The position numbers and the translations under genes are program-made. From Nitrososphaerota archaeon (GTDB lineage: Archaea > Thermoproteota > Nitrososphaeria > Nitrososphaerales > Nitrosopumilaceae): a stretch of 32,000 nucleotides of DNA. Positions within the stretch are counted from its first letter, which is position 1, and each line of letters opens with the position of its first letter. The DNA lies in the NCBI GenBank assembly GCA_028867755.1, contig JAGWFT010000001.1, positions 1,161,992 to 1,193,991 on the forward strand, read 5' to 3'. The notes below the pieces were generated by a model. That model did not search any database. It was not told where the DNA came from and saw only the letters and a list, made by a program, of their open reading frames with translations. Shown in pieces: positions 9,528 to 17,700 of this stretch.

Positions 9528-11589
9528 GATAGCGAATTTTCTCTCTCATTCAAACACTAGGCTAGAGTTTGAAAATGGAGTGACAGTATTTGTTGGACCA
9601 AATGGAGCTGGCAAGTCTAGCATAATAGATGCCATAACATTTGCGTTGTTTGGAGAACACATTAGAAAGTCTACAAAAGGCCTATTGCGCAGGGGAAGCA
9701 GTCAAGCATACGCCAAAGTAGAGTTCTCCATAGGAAACAGACAATTCAAGGCAGTTCGTAAAATAGACACAAAAGGAACTGTATCAGCTCAGCTTTATGA
9801 AAAAATTAACGGAGAGACAGTTCCACTTGCTGCAGGTGAGCGAAAACAATTTGGTGAATCCATGACACAGACAATAGAATCTCTAATAGGGCTTGATTTT
9901 GAGAAACTCAAAGTAGCATCCATTGTACAGCAAGGTGAGCTACAATCAATCATTGAAGCAGACCCAAAAAAATTCAAAGAACTTGTCAATGCAATAATTG
10001 GAATAGACAAGCTTGATACTGCATATGAAATTATGAGAAAAACCATTGATGCGTTTAGAATGTCTGTGAGAACAAGAATAGACTATGATGATACCAACAT
10101 AGAGTCTCTACAAACCAAGACAGACTCGATATCAAAAGAAATTGCATCCTTGGAGCCCCAAAAGAGCAAACTTGAAGAAGAAAAGGCAATTCAGGAACGA
10201 GAATTTACTACACTACAGAGCAAGATAGAGAGCGAGGCACCAAAAGAGCTAAAGATAAAAGAGATAGAAAGTAGAAAAGATGAACTTGCTCTATATCTAA
10301 GAAATGCTGTAACATCCATCAAAAGAGAGATTGCCGAGAAGGAGCGAAAATTTGCAGATTGCTCTAATAGCTTACCAATTTTATCCCTCAAGCCACAGAT
10401 AGAATCCGAGTCAAGACAAATACAACATGACATTGAACAAATACGAATAGAATCAACAGACATAGGCGAAAAGATAGCCAAGATAAAAGGACAGCAAGAG
10501 ATTGCTGGCAAGTTGCATATGATAGATGGCAAATGTCCTGTATGTGATTCCAAAGTAGACCACATCAATCCCTTGTTTGAAGAAGAACACTTACGTGCAG
10601 AACTTGATATTCTTGGAAAAAAGATGGTAGTTCTCTCTCAAGAAGAAGTTGTTATTCAAAACAAGAAAAAAGAGATAGATGCAAAGACTCAACAGATCAT
10701 AAAGGCAGAAAGCGTCCTGTCCTCAAACAACATAAAAAACCAAAATGACTTGGTAAGATTAAAAGAAGAAATTTCAAGTTTACAAACTAATATCAAACAA
10801 GTACCCCTCGAGGTCAGCACAACAGGAAATCTAATGCAATTTGCAATAGATGAATATTCAACTGATGCAATCAGAACTATATCATCACTAATAGAAGAGA
10901 CAAAAGACTTTGATGTTGCAAATTTTAGAAATCTCAAATCAAAACTAGAACCACAGCGAAAACTTCTCAATACAATATATCAAGAACTTGGTGCAATGAC
11001 CAATAGGCTAAAGTCACATAAAGAAGAATCAGAAAAAATTTCACAGATACTAGGAGAGTTGCATTATGTAAGACAATACGTCTCAAGTCTTGAGACCATC
11101 AGAGGCCAGATTTACAATAGAGATGGCCCTGTTGCTACAAGTCTTCGCTCGTGGGCACTTGGAATGATATCGCAGAAAGCCTCAGAGTACTTGGCTACAT
11201 TTAACGTAAAGATTCAGAGAATCAACCTAGAGGACAAGGCAAGAGATATTGGAATTACGTGTTACTCTGGTAACACAACACTGGATTTAGAATCATTGAG
11301 CGGTGGAGAAAAGGTCAGTGTAGCACTTGCATTGCGCCTTGGCATGGCTCACCTCATGGGTTCGTCTCACCTGAATTTTATCATTCTTGACGAGCCGACA
11401 ACACATTTGGACCAAGAGAGAAGAAAGTCTCTTGTAAGTGTGCTCTCACAGGCTTTTGAATCAAATGTGGATGCAATATCGCAGTTTATCATAATTACAC
11501 ATGACTCTGAAATCTTTGAAAACTCTAACATTAATGCAATATATGATTTCAAATCAACACAAGAAGGAACACTGGTTACTCCAATTTAG
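9511..11589 (+). CDS. rad50: Rad50 ATPase (SMC-like)
   Basis: N-terminal Walker A GPNGAGKSS, long heptad-rich middle, CPVC zinc hook near mid-protein, C-terminal signature LSGGE and Walker B FIILDEPT. It overlaps mre11 by 17 nt. At 692 aa it is compact for a Rad50. Confidence 0.9.
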   Translation: MLRSVEIANFLSHSNTRLEFENGVTVFVGPNGAGKSSIIDAITFALFGEHIRKSTKGLLRRGSSQAYAKVEFSIGNRQFKAVRKIDTKGTVSAQLYEKINGETVPLAAGERKQFGESMTQTIESLIGLDFEKLKVASIVQQGELQSIIEADPKKFKELVNAIIGIDKLDTAYEIMRKTIDAFRMSVRTRIDYDDTNIESLQTKTDSISKEIASLEPQKSKLEEEKAIQEREFTTLQSKIESEAPKELKIKEIESRKDELALYLRNAVTSIKREIAEKERKFADCSNSLPILSLKPQIESESRQIQHDIEQIRIESTDIGEKIAKIKGQQEIAGKLHMIDGKCPVCDSKVDHINPLFEEEHLRAELDILGKKMVVLSQEEVVIQNKKKEIDAKTQQIIKAESVLSSNNIKNQNDLVRLKEEISSLQTNIKQVPLEVSTTGNLMQFAIDEYSTDAIRTISSLIEETKDFDVANFRNLKSKLEPQRKLLNTIYQELGAMTNRLKSHKEESEKISQILGELHYVRQYVSSLETIRGQIYNRDGPVATSLRSWALGMISQKASEYLATFNVKIQRINLEDKARDIGITCYSGNTTLDLESLSGGEKVSVALALRLGMAHLMGSSHLNFIILDEPTTHLDQERRKSLVSVLSQAFESNVDAISQFIIITHDSEIFENSNINAIYDFKSTQEGTLVTPI

Positions 11590-12080
11590 CCGCCAGTCAT
11601 CTTTGCAAATTTTTCGTTCTTGCAAAGACTTTCCATGAATTTTAGGTTAGATAGTGCAACTACTGCAGAATCACGTACCTGTTCACTTGAATCCAAGAGC
11701 GCTTTTTGTAGTGTCTCCTTTGCGTCCTGAGATCCAATAACTCCAAGGGCAACAGCAGCTTCGTGTCGTACAAACAGACTAGGATCGTTGCGTGTTGCAT
11801 CTTCTAGTGGACCTATTCCGCTTCTCAGACACATCTGCCCCAGAGAAAACGCCGCCTCGTGTCTTACCAACTCGTTAGAATCATTCTTTAGTATATTTGC
11901 AATATACGGAACAACATCTTCTCCGCCCATATCTACCAGTATGCAAACAGCTCTGCATCTAATTACAAAATCTTTGTCACCTAATAGAGTAACAAAGTAT
12001 TGCTTGTCCTTTTTTTCATATCTTTCTTCCATTTCAGATAGGAGCTCAAGGCGGCCATTAGGAATAAGTTCCATGCACAC
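11586..12080 (-). CDS. HEAT-repeat protein resembling one half of deoxyhypusine hydroxylase (two His-Glu motifs)
   Basis: 164 aa with four HEAT/PBS-lyase repeats. The two central repeats read VRHEAAFSLGQM and VRHEAAVALGVIG. See findings. Confidence 0.75.
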   Translation of the reverse strand: MCMELIPNGRLELLSEMEERYEKKDKQYFVTLLGDKDFVIRCRAVCILVDMGGEDVVPYIANILKNDSNELVRHEAAFSLGQMCLRSGIGPLEDATRNDPSLFVRHEAAVALGVIGSQDAKETLQKALLDSSEQVRDSAVVALSNLKFMESLCKNEKFAKMTGG

Positions 12081-12114
12081 AATTTTATAATCGCATATTT
12101 ATTTCAATGACTAG

Positions 12115-12573
12115 ATGAGTCGATTACGATACTGGAAATTAACAGTGGAGGATCTCAGAAAGGCGCAGTATGATCCAAAAAAGGTTCTCATCTGGGAAAT
12201 AAAATGTACCATAGATGAGCAAGGTACACATTTTGGAGTATTTTGTTACAGAAACGGTACTCCGTGGGATTATGCATCTATCCACGGAATTGTCTTTTAT
12301 CACAATCAAATAAGCAAAGAAGAGATAGACAAAATAACAAATTTCCTAAAGGGCAAGTTTGGTGGCGAACCAGCAGAAAAGGGTAGCAGGATATTTTTGA
12401 AGGACTCAAAGGAGATCTATCAACCAAAGGAGATAGCAGACTTGGCAGTTCAGCTGGGAGATACTTTTGAGGCAAGCACAGAACTAACGGTAGAACTTGA
12501 GAACTTTACAATTCCTGAGCAGGAACAAAGCAACTTGCCTTCAAGCAAAATTCTCCCCATACCTGGCAAGTAG
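12115..12573 (+). CDS. Hypothetical protein
   Basis: 152-aa ORF with protein-like composition and no competing frame. It is divergent from the HEAT gene with only 34 nt between starts. No motif recognised. Confidence 0.6.
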   Translation: MSRLRYWKLTVEDLRKAQYDPKKVLIWEIKCTIDEQGTHFGVFCYRNGTPWDYASIHGIVFYHNQISKEEIDKITNFLKGKFGGEPAEKGSRIFLKDSKEIYQPKEIADLAVQLGDTFEASTELTVELENFTIPEQEQSNLPSSKILPIPGK

Positions 12574-12607
12574 ATAAATAGGGTTTTGACAAATTCAAAG
12601 ATCTCTG

Positions 12608-13405
12608 ATGGATAAGTCAATGACAATCATGGAGCATCTAGATGAGCTAAGAAAGCGAGTCTTCAGGATGGTCATTGCAGTTGGAATTATTACTTTCTTT
12701 ATTCTAGGATTTCATTTGACGCCATATACCTACAATGGAATACATCTTTACTATCCAACTTTTAGTCCCTTTGACAACATAGCAGCACAGGCTACTGTAT
12801 CCATGAAACATCATCTGCTTCCTCCTACGGTACAATTAATTCAAACAGCCCCAGGGCAAGCATTTTTTGCTCAATTTTATGTTGCAGTTTTGCTTGGCAT
12901 CGCAATAGGAATGCCAGTAATAGTAAAGGAATTCATTGGATTTCTAACGCCAGCACTTGGCAAAAAAGAGATCCACATAATAAAATCAATCACTGCACCT
13001 GCAATTGGTCTTTTTGCAGCAGGTTGCATATTTTCATATTTTGTTGTCACGCCATACACGCTAGCATTTCTCTACAAGTATGGAGAATCTGCAGGTCTTC
13101 TTACTTTTCTTAACATAGTAGATTTTATCACATTTGTATTGCAGTTTGCACTTGCATTTGGCGTATCATTTCAGCTACCGCTAATAATGTATGCAGTGAC
13201 TGCTTCAGGAATGGTTGGTGAGAAATTCTGGAGAAACAACATAAAGTGGGCCGTAATTGCAATGGTAATTTTAGGAGCTGCAATAACACCTGACGGCAGT
13301 GGTGTGACCATGTGGTTTGTTGCAGGACCTCTCATAGTTCTATACCTAGTAGGCATGTTCCTCTCAGAGAGACATGCAAATCAGATTGCAACACTTAAAT
13401 CTTAA
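12608..13405 (+). CDS. tatC: Sec-independent (Tat) translocase subunit TatC
   Basis: 265 aa, polytopic with six TM segments. N-terminal HL.ELR.R motif and overall TatC pattern. The tatA gene follows. Confidence 0.9.
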   Translation: MDKSMTIMEHLDELRKRVFRMVIAVGIITFFILGFHLTPYTYNGIHLYYPTFSPFDNIAAQATVSMKHHLLPPTVQLIQTAPGQAFFAQFYVAVLLGIAIGMPVIVKEFIGFLTPALGKKEIHIIKSITAPAIGLFAAGCIFSYFVVTPYTLAFLYKYGESAGLLTFLNIVDFITFVLQFALAFGVSFQLPLIMYAVTASGMVGEKFWRNNIKWAVIAMVILGAAITPDGSGVTMWFVAGPLIVLYLVGMFLSERHANQIATLKS

Positions 13406-13426
13406 TCTGCCGCATTAAGAGCACTC

Positions 13427-13603
13427 ATGGCATATGAGAATCTAATAATTGCAGTAGTGATTATCGGTGTATTGATTTTTGGAGCAAAGAAGATCCCTGA
13501 ACTAGCTCGAACATTTGGAAAAGCCAAAGGCGAATATGAGAAAGGAAGAATTGAAGCAGACAAAGAGCTAAAAGAGTTCAAGGACAAAGAAGAACTCAAG
13601 TAA
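13427..13603 (+). CDS. tatA: Tat translocase subunit TatA/E (58 aa, below the ORF-track cutoff)
   Basis: Manual translation gives MAYENLIIAVVIIGVLIFGAKKIPELARTFGKAKGEYEKGRIEADKELKEFKDKEELK. It has a single N-terminal TM, an FG hinge and an amphipathic charged helix. It starts 21 nt after the tatC stop. Confidence 0.8.
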   Translation: MAYENLIIAVVIIGVLIFGAKKIPELARTFGKAKGEYEKGRIEADKELKEFKDKEELK

Positions 13604-13639
13604 AGAACGCTTTTTACCCATACAAAAATAGATATCCAC

Positions 13640-14731
13640 ATGATCAAAAGATCAGAGATTCAAAAAATAGTAAGAGAGTACTCTGATCTTTCCATAGGTG
13701 TTCTTGGCAGCCATTCTGCTCTTGAGATAATGGATGGCGCCAAAGACGAAAATTTCAAGACTAGAGTAGTATGCCAAAAAGGCAGAGAGGTTCCGTATAA
13801 GAGATTTTCAAGAATCGCAGACGAAATTATCATGGTAAACAAGTTCAAAGACATGCTTTCTGCCAAGATGCAATCAAAATTTAGGGCATCGAGTACCATA
13901 ATAGTACCACACCGAGCTCTTACTGCATATCTTGGATATAATGCAGTAGAGAACAAATTCAACGTACCATTGTTTGGAAATCGTGCACTATTTCAGGCAG
14001 AAGAACGCTCATACAAGAAAAACCAATATTATTTGCTACAAAAGGCCAAGATTAGGTTACCGCGAATCTTCAAAAACCCAAAGGACATAGATAGGCCTGT
14101 CATAGTTAAGGTTCAAGAAAAAACACGTAAGCTGGAAAGGGCCTTTTTTATCGCAACATCTTATGCAGATTACAAAGATAAGACAGAGAAGAAGATAAGG
14201 CAGGGGCTAATCTCAAAAGAAGCATTAAAGATTGCAAGCATAGAGGAATTTGTAGTTGGAACCTACTTTAATTTCAATTATTTCCATACACCGATATCAG
14301 ACGAGGTAGATTTTCTTGGAATTGAAAGAAGATTGCAGACAAATGTTCATGATTTTGTTTCATTGCCTGCAAAGCAGCAACTTGAGATAGGCATGGAATT
14401 ACAAAATATAGAAGTAGGCCATACACCTGCCAGCATACGAGAATCGCTGCTAGAAAAAGTCATAGAAGCAGGAGACAGGTTTGTTGCAGCAGTAAGAAGA
14501 GAATACGCCCCAGGCATCATAGGTCCGTTTTCACTTCAGAGTGTCATTACACGAGATCTTGAGATATTGGTGTATGATGTATCCCTTAGAGTTCCAGGCA
14601 ATCCAATTCTTGCAACTACCAGTCCCTATACAAAGTACAAATACGGAACAACTTTTGGCGTTGGCAGAAGGATAGCTATGGAGATAAGAAAAGCTCAGCA
14701 AGAAGGCAAGATCGAACAAATAGTAACCTAG
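13640..14731 (+). CDS. purP: 5-formaminoimidazole-4-carboxamide ribonucleotide (FAICAR) synthetase, ATP-grasp
   Basis: 363 aa. The N-terminus IGVLGSHSALEIMDGAKDENF.T.VVCQKGRE..Y and the overall length match archaeal PurP. Confidence 0.82.
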   Translation: MIKRSEIQKIVREYSDLSIGVLGSHSALEIMDGAKDENFKTRVVCQKGREVPYKRFSRIADEIIMVNKFKDMLSAKMQSKFRASSTIIVPHRALTAYLGYNAVENKFNVPLFGNRALFQAEERSYKKNQYYLLQKAKIRLPRIFKNPKDIDRPVIVKVQEKTRKLERAFFIATSYADYKDKTEKKIRQGLISKEALKIASIEEFVVGTYFNFNYFHTPISDEVDFLGIERRLQTNVHDFVSLPAKQQLEIGMELQNIEVGHTPASIRESLLEKVIEAGDRFVAAVRREYAPGIIGPFSLQSVITRDLEILVYDVSLRVPGNPILATTSPYTKYKYGTTFGVGRRIAMEIRKAQQEGKIEQIVT

Positions 14732-15153
14732 GCTTCCATTTTTTCTTTTAAGAGATTTTTTCTGACAAGTATTGGTATGTTATAAAATGATGCTAGTGCG
14801 ATGGCATCAGAAGCTCTGTAATTTCGCATGACAAGATCATTTTTTCCTGTAAAGTAGAGATTGGCACGCAATACGCTTCCGCTTTCGTACACCTTTATCC
14901 TAACAAGAACAAGCTCATTGATTTCAGCAATCTCTTCAATCATGTTGTATATTGTAGGAATTGCACCTCTTTCTCCTTCAATAAAATTTGTGATGTGTCG
15001 TGCAACTTCTCCTGAAAAAGCTCTCATATGGAATTCTTTACCGTTATCAGCATGCAATACAACTAGCCCTTCTACTCCATATGGATCAACAAAACCAACG
15101 TAAGTTATCTTAGTCTCTGCATAATCAGAATCCTGAGGCTCGTCTATCTTCAC
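14728..15153 (-). CDS. Bifunctional nuclease (BFN/DUF151 family)
   Basis: 141 aa with the pattern LVVL...G.EF.M....GEVARHI, PTIYNMI and RASDAIALA, typical of the BFN domain. Its 3' end overlaps purP by 4 nt. Confidence 0.75.
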   Translation of the reverse strand: MKIDEPQDSDYAETKITYVGFVDPYGVEGLVVLHADNGKEFHMRAFSGEVARHITNFIEGERGAIPTIYNMIEEIAEINELVLVRIKVYESGSVLRANLYFTGKNDLVMRNYRASDAIALASFYNIPILVRKNLLKEKMEA

Positions 15154-15240
15154 GGCTGGTTTCTATCAAGCGTCATTGCAGATAAATACTTTGAAAAAAA
15201 CAGATAGAATTTAATGTCACCATACATCGTTTTTTACTAG

Positions 15241-16083
15241 TTGGAAAAACAGAGTACAGTGCATCGTTCACATCGAGTACTTATCATTATTGGATTTTTA
15301 GCAATTGCAGTATCTTTTCTTGCATACTCAAGAAACAATGAGATCACTGTAACTCCGGCTGCCATGCCTGCACTACGAAATCTAGCACTAGCAACCTATG
15401 TAGTCTTGTTCACTTCATTTGGTGCAATAGGCTGGGGACTGTACAAATTTTACAAAGCCAAAACAGAATTTCCTGACGCATCAACTGCCTCGATAATTTC
15501 CAACGCGATAAACAACAAGAGAGCAAAACAGATCTTTATCATAAGTGCTATAGGATATGGAATATTTTTTGGGTTAACGTCTGGAATAATCCTTTACAAA
15601 CCAGAGATCAATGCTACGGATTATGGCTTTCCAACTCCCCCACATATTGAGCTCTCACCTTGTTGTGATCTGCCAGGCTATATGCCAATGATATTTGCCT
15701 TTTTCACAGAACATGTAGGATTACAGATTGCTCCACTAAACTTGGTTCTTCTTGTTGCAGTATCTTTTCTTGTGGGACTGAATTTTTCCCTCTCGGCTAC
15801 TGCATTTACAGTTGCAAGAAGTGCAGGAAAATTGGGCGCATTTGGTGCGATAACAGGGCTCTTTGTGGGTTGTCCGACTTGTGCAGGTACAGCCTTTACA
15901 ATGCTTTTTGGCCTCGGAGCTAGTGCGACCAGTGTTACATTGTTCTTGACAAGCTATGAAGCCCAGTTACAAACAATATTCATAGCTGCTTCAATTCCTA
16001 TCTTGCTTGCTACACCTTTCATAATGGCAAGAAAGATAAGAAAAACACAGAATGGAAGTTGTGCGTTAGAACCTAAGCAGTAG
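15241..16083 (+). CDS. Polytopic membrane protein with vicinal-Cys (SPCCDLPGY) and CPTC motifs
   Basis: 280 aa with a TTG start and about 6-7 hydrophobic segments. The Cys motifs are LSPCCDLPGY and VGCPTCAG. There is a loose resemblance to CcdA/DsbD-type PC motifs or to metal-binding CxxC. See findings. Confidence 0.65.
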   Translation: MEKQSTVHRSHRVLIIIGFLAIAVSFLAYSRNNEITVTPAAMPALRNLALATYVVLFTSFGAIGWGLYKFYKAKTEFPDASTASIISNAINNKRAKQIFIISAIGYGIFFGLTSGIILYKPEINATDYGFPTPPHIELSPCCDLPGYMPMIFAFFTEHVGLQIAPLNLVLLVAVSFLVGLNFSLSATAFTVARSAGKLGAFGAITGLFVGCPTCAGTAFTMLFGLGASATSVTLFLTSYEAQLQTIFIAASIPILLATPFIMARKIRKTQNGSCALEPKQ

Positions 16084-16363
16084 ATTTTGTGACCTGCGGG
16101 GTTTTCCAGTCACCTATATTGTAACCATCTTGCCTGAGATATTTGAGAGTGAGTTTGTAGACTAGTTCATCATGATCAGATGTCTCAAGAATTTCTGTCC
16201 ATGAAACCACCCCAGTTTGTTCGATCTTTTTTGCAAGTTGAGAGGATACCGATTGTGCTATTTCCTTGCATTGGTCAAACGTTTTGCCATTTTTGTAGGC
16301 TCTAGTGCGAGTATCACAGGCATCCATGGCGTAAAGAGTACAAGACCCAAATAAAAAGTTCAA
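16073..16363 (-). CDS. Hypothetical protein
   Basis: Soluble-looking ORF. The start is either TTG at 16363 (96 aa) or ATG at 16327 (84 aa, MDACDTRTRAYK...). No motif recognised. Confidence 0.5.
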   Translation of the reverse strand: MNFLFGSCTLYAMDACDTRTRAYKNGKTFDQCKEIAQSVSSQLAKKIEQTGVVSWTEILETSDHDELVYKLTLKYLRQDGYNIGDWKTPQVTKSTA

Positions 16364-16418
16364 TTTTTCATCTAATCAATAGAAGAGTTTTAAACCAAAT
16401 GAGATTTTATTTTATCAA

Positions 16419-17327
16419 GTGCCATCAGAGAATAACCAGAAATTTATCAACATAAATCCCTTCAATGCGTTTTTGTGGACATTTCGTCGAAATGAAAATG
16501 ATGTCATAAATCTATATGATGCTCTTTCTTCCCTAATGCAAATTTCTACTGGAAGCAATATGCTCAACTTTGGATACTGGAATGAAAATACGACTAACCC
16601 CTATGAAGCACAAACTGCACTTTGTAAAACTATTGCAAATATGTCTGAACTAGAATCTGCAAGAAATGTATTGGATGTCGGAAGTGGATTTTCTGAACCT
16701 GCAGTCATATGGAAATCAGAGTTTCCTCATATCAAAATTTCTTGCTTAAACGTAAATCCAAAACAACTCAGTTTTGCCTCAAAAGTTCTCAAAAATAATA
16801 CATCAGGTAAGATAAGTTCGAACTCATCAGAAATCAATCTTGTCAACTCTACGGCTACAAAATTACCATTTGCAAACAAGTCCATGGACAGAATAATTGC
16901 ATTAGAGTCTGCCCAACATTTCAAGCCATTTTCTGAATTTGTGTCAGAATGCAAGAGAGTTTTAAAGGACAAAGGTATTCTGTCATTAGCCATACCGACA
17001 CTATCAGGATCAACAAAGTCTTTAGAAATTTTCAAGCTTGGGATACTTTCCTTTACATGGTCATCAGAACATTACAATCTTGAAAATGTCCAAAAGATGG
17101 TTTTGGATGTGGGTTTTGATGTTGTTTCTACAAAATTAGTAGGCACAGATGTATACGAGCCACTTGCTGATTATTACATAAAAAACAGAGAGATGCTAAG
17201 ATCAAAGATACTGCTTCAATATTCGCCCTATGTTGAGAAGATCCTCTTCAATTCATTGTTAAAAATGAGAAAAGTGTGTGAAAACAAGACCATAGATTAT
17301 GTTCTTTTAAAGTGTGTCTTACAATAA
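16419..17327 (+). CDS. Class I SAM-dependent methyltransferase
   Basis: 302 aa with a GTG start, SAM motif I VLDVGSGFSEP, post-I and motif II regions, and an LNFGYW lead-in common in small-molecule methyltransferases. Confidence 0.8.
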   Translation: MPSENNQKFININPFNAFLWTFRRNENDVINLYDALSSLMQISTGSNMLNFGYWNENTTNPYEAQTALCKTIANMSELESARNVLDVGSGFSEPAVIWKSEFPHIKISCLNVNPKQLSFASKVLKNNTSGKISSNSSEINLVNSTATKLPFANKSMDRIIALESAQHFKPFSEFVSECKRVLKDKGILSLAIPTLSGSTKSLEIFKLGILSFTWSSEHYNLENVQKMVLDVGFDVVSTKLVGTDVYEPLADYYIKNREMLRSKILLQYSPYVEKILFNSLLKMRKVCENKTIDYVLLKCVLQ

Positions 17328-17391
17328 AGAACAAACCCTTATTTTCTGGTATGATGTGGTGATATCATAATACCAGTTTGTCTGGTACCCA

Positions 17392-17431
17392 CTGCGTAGA
17401 GTAATTTCTACGCAGGTGCCATTTTATTATT
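17392..17431 (+). terminator. Perfect 9-bp hairpin followed by a T-rich tract (candidate terminator or RNA element)
   Basis: CTGCGTAGA-GTAATT-TCTACGCAG (17392-17415) is followed by GTGCCATTTTATTATT. It lies 65 nt after the methyltransferase stop. Confidence 0.35.
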
Positions 17432-17491
17432 AACCAATGCATCCCAGATCGGAGAAAAAGAATTATTAGCACATTTTAGCTAGTTTGAGGT

Positions 17492-17656
17492 ATGGGCCTG
17501 TTTAAAAAAAAGGAAACCCCCGAAACAAAATGTAAAGAGTGTGGTCTTGAATTCAATGACCCAGTACGTTTAGACAGACATATGAAAAAAGCCCACCGTC
17601 ACGCGCCACAAAGGAAAACCGATGAGCAAGGTTTCACCACTGGCGGCATGTGGTAA
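17492..17656 (+). CDS. C2H2 zinc-finger microprotein (54 aa, below the ORF-track cutoff)
   Basis: Manual translation gives MGLFKKKETPETKCKECGLEFNDPVRLDRHMKKAHRHAPQRKTDEQGFTTGGMW. It matches C-x2-C-x3-F-x5-L-x2-H-x4-H exactly. Confidence 0.5.
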   Translation: MGLFKKKETPETKCKECGLEFNDPVRLDRHMKKAHRHAPQRKTDEQGFTTGGMW

Positions 17657-17700
17657 GACTACGATAGGTATAATTCACGTTTCAAACGGCTATAGTAAAG

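Noticed and set aside
13402-13647. 81-aa minus-strand ORF from the track
   Set aside because: It is antisense to a clear 58-aa TatA gene (13427-13603, plus strand) placed right after tatC. Its Ser/Leu/Ile-rich product looks like a shadow frame.
17346-17365. C-box-like ATGATGT in the spacer after the methyltransferase gene
   Set aside because: No D box (CTGA) lies at the appropriate distance, and there are no terminal pairing or guide features. The hairpin interpretation fits better.
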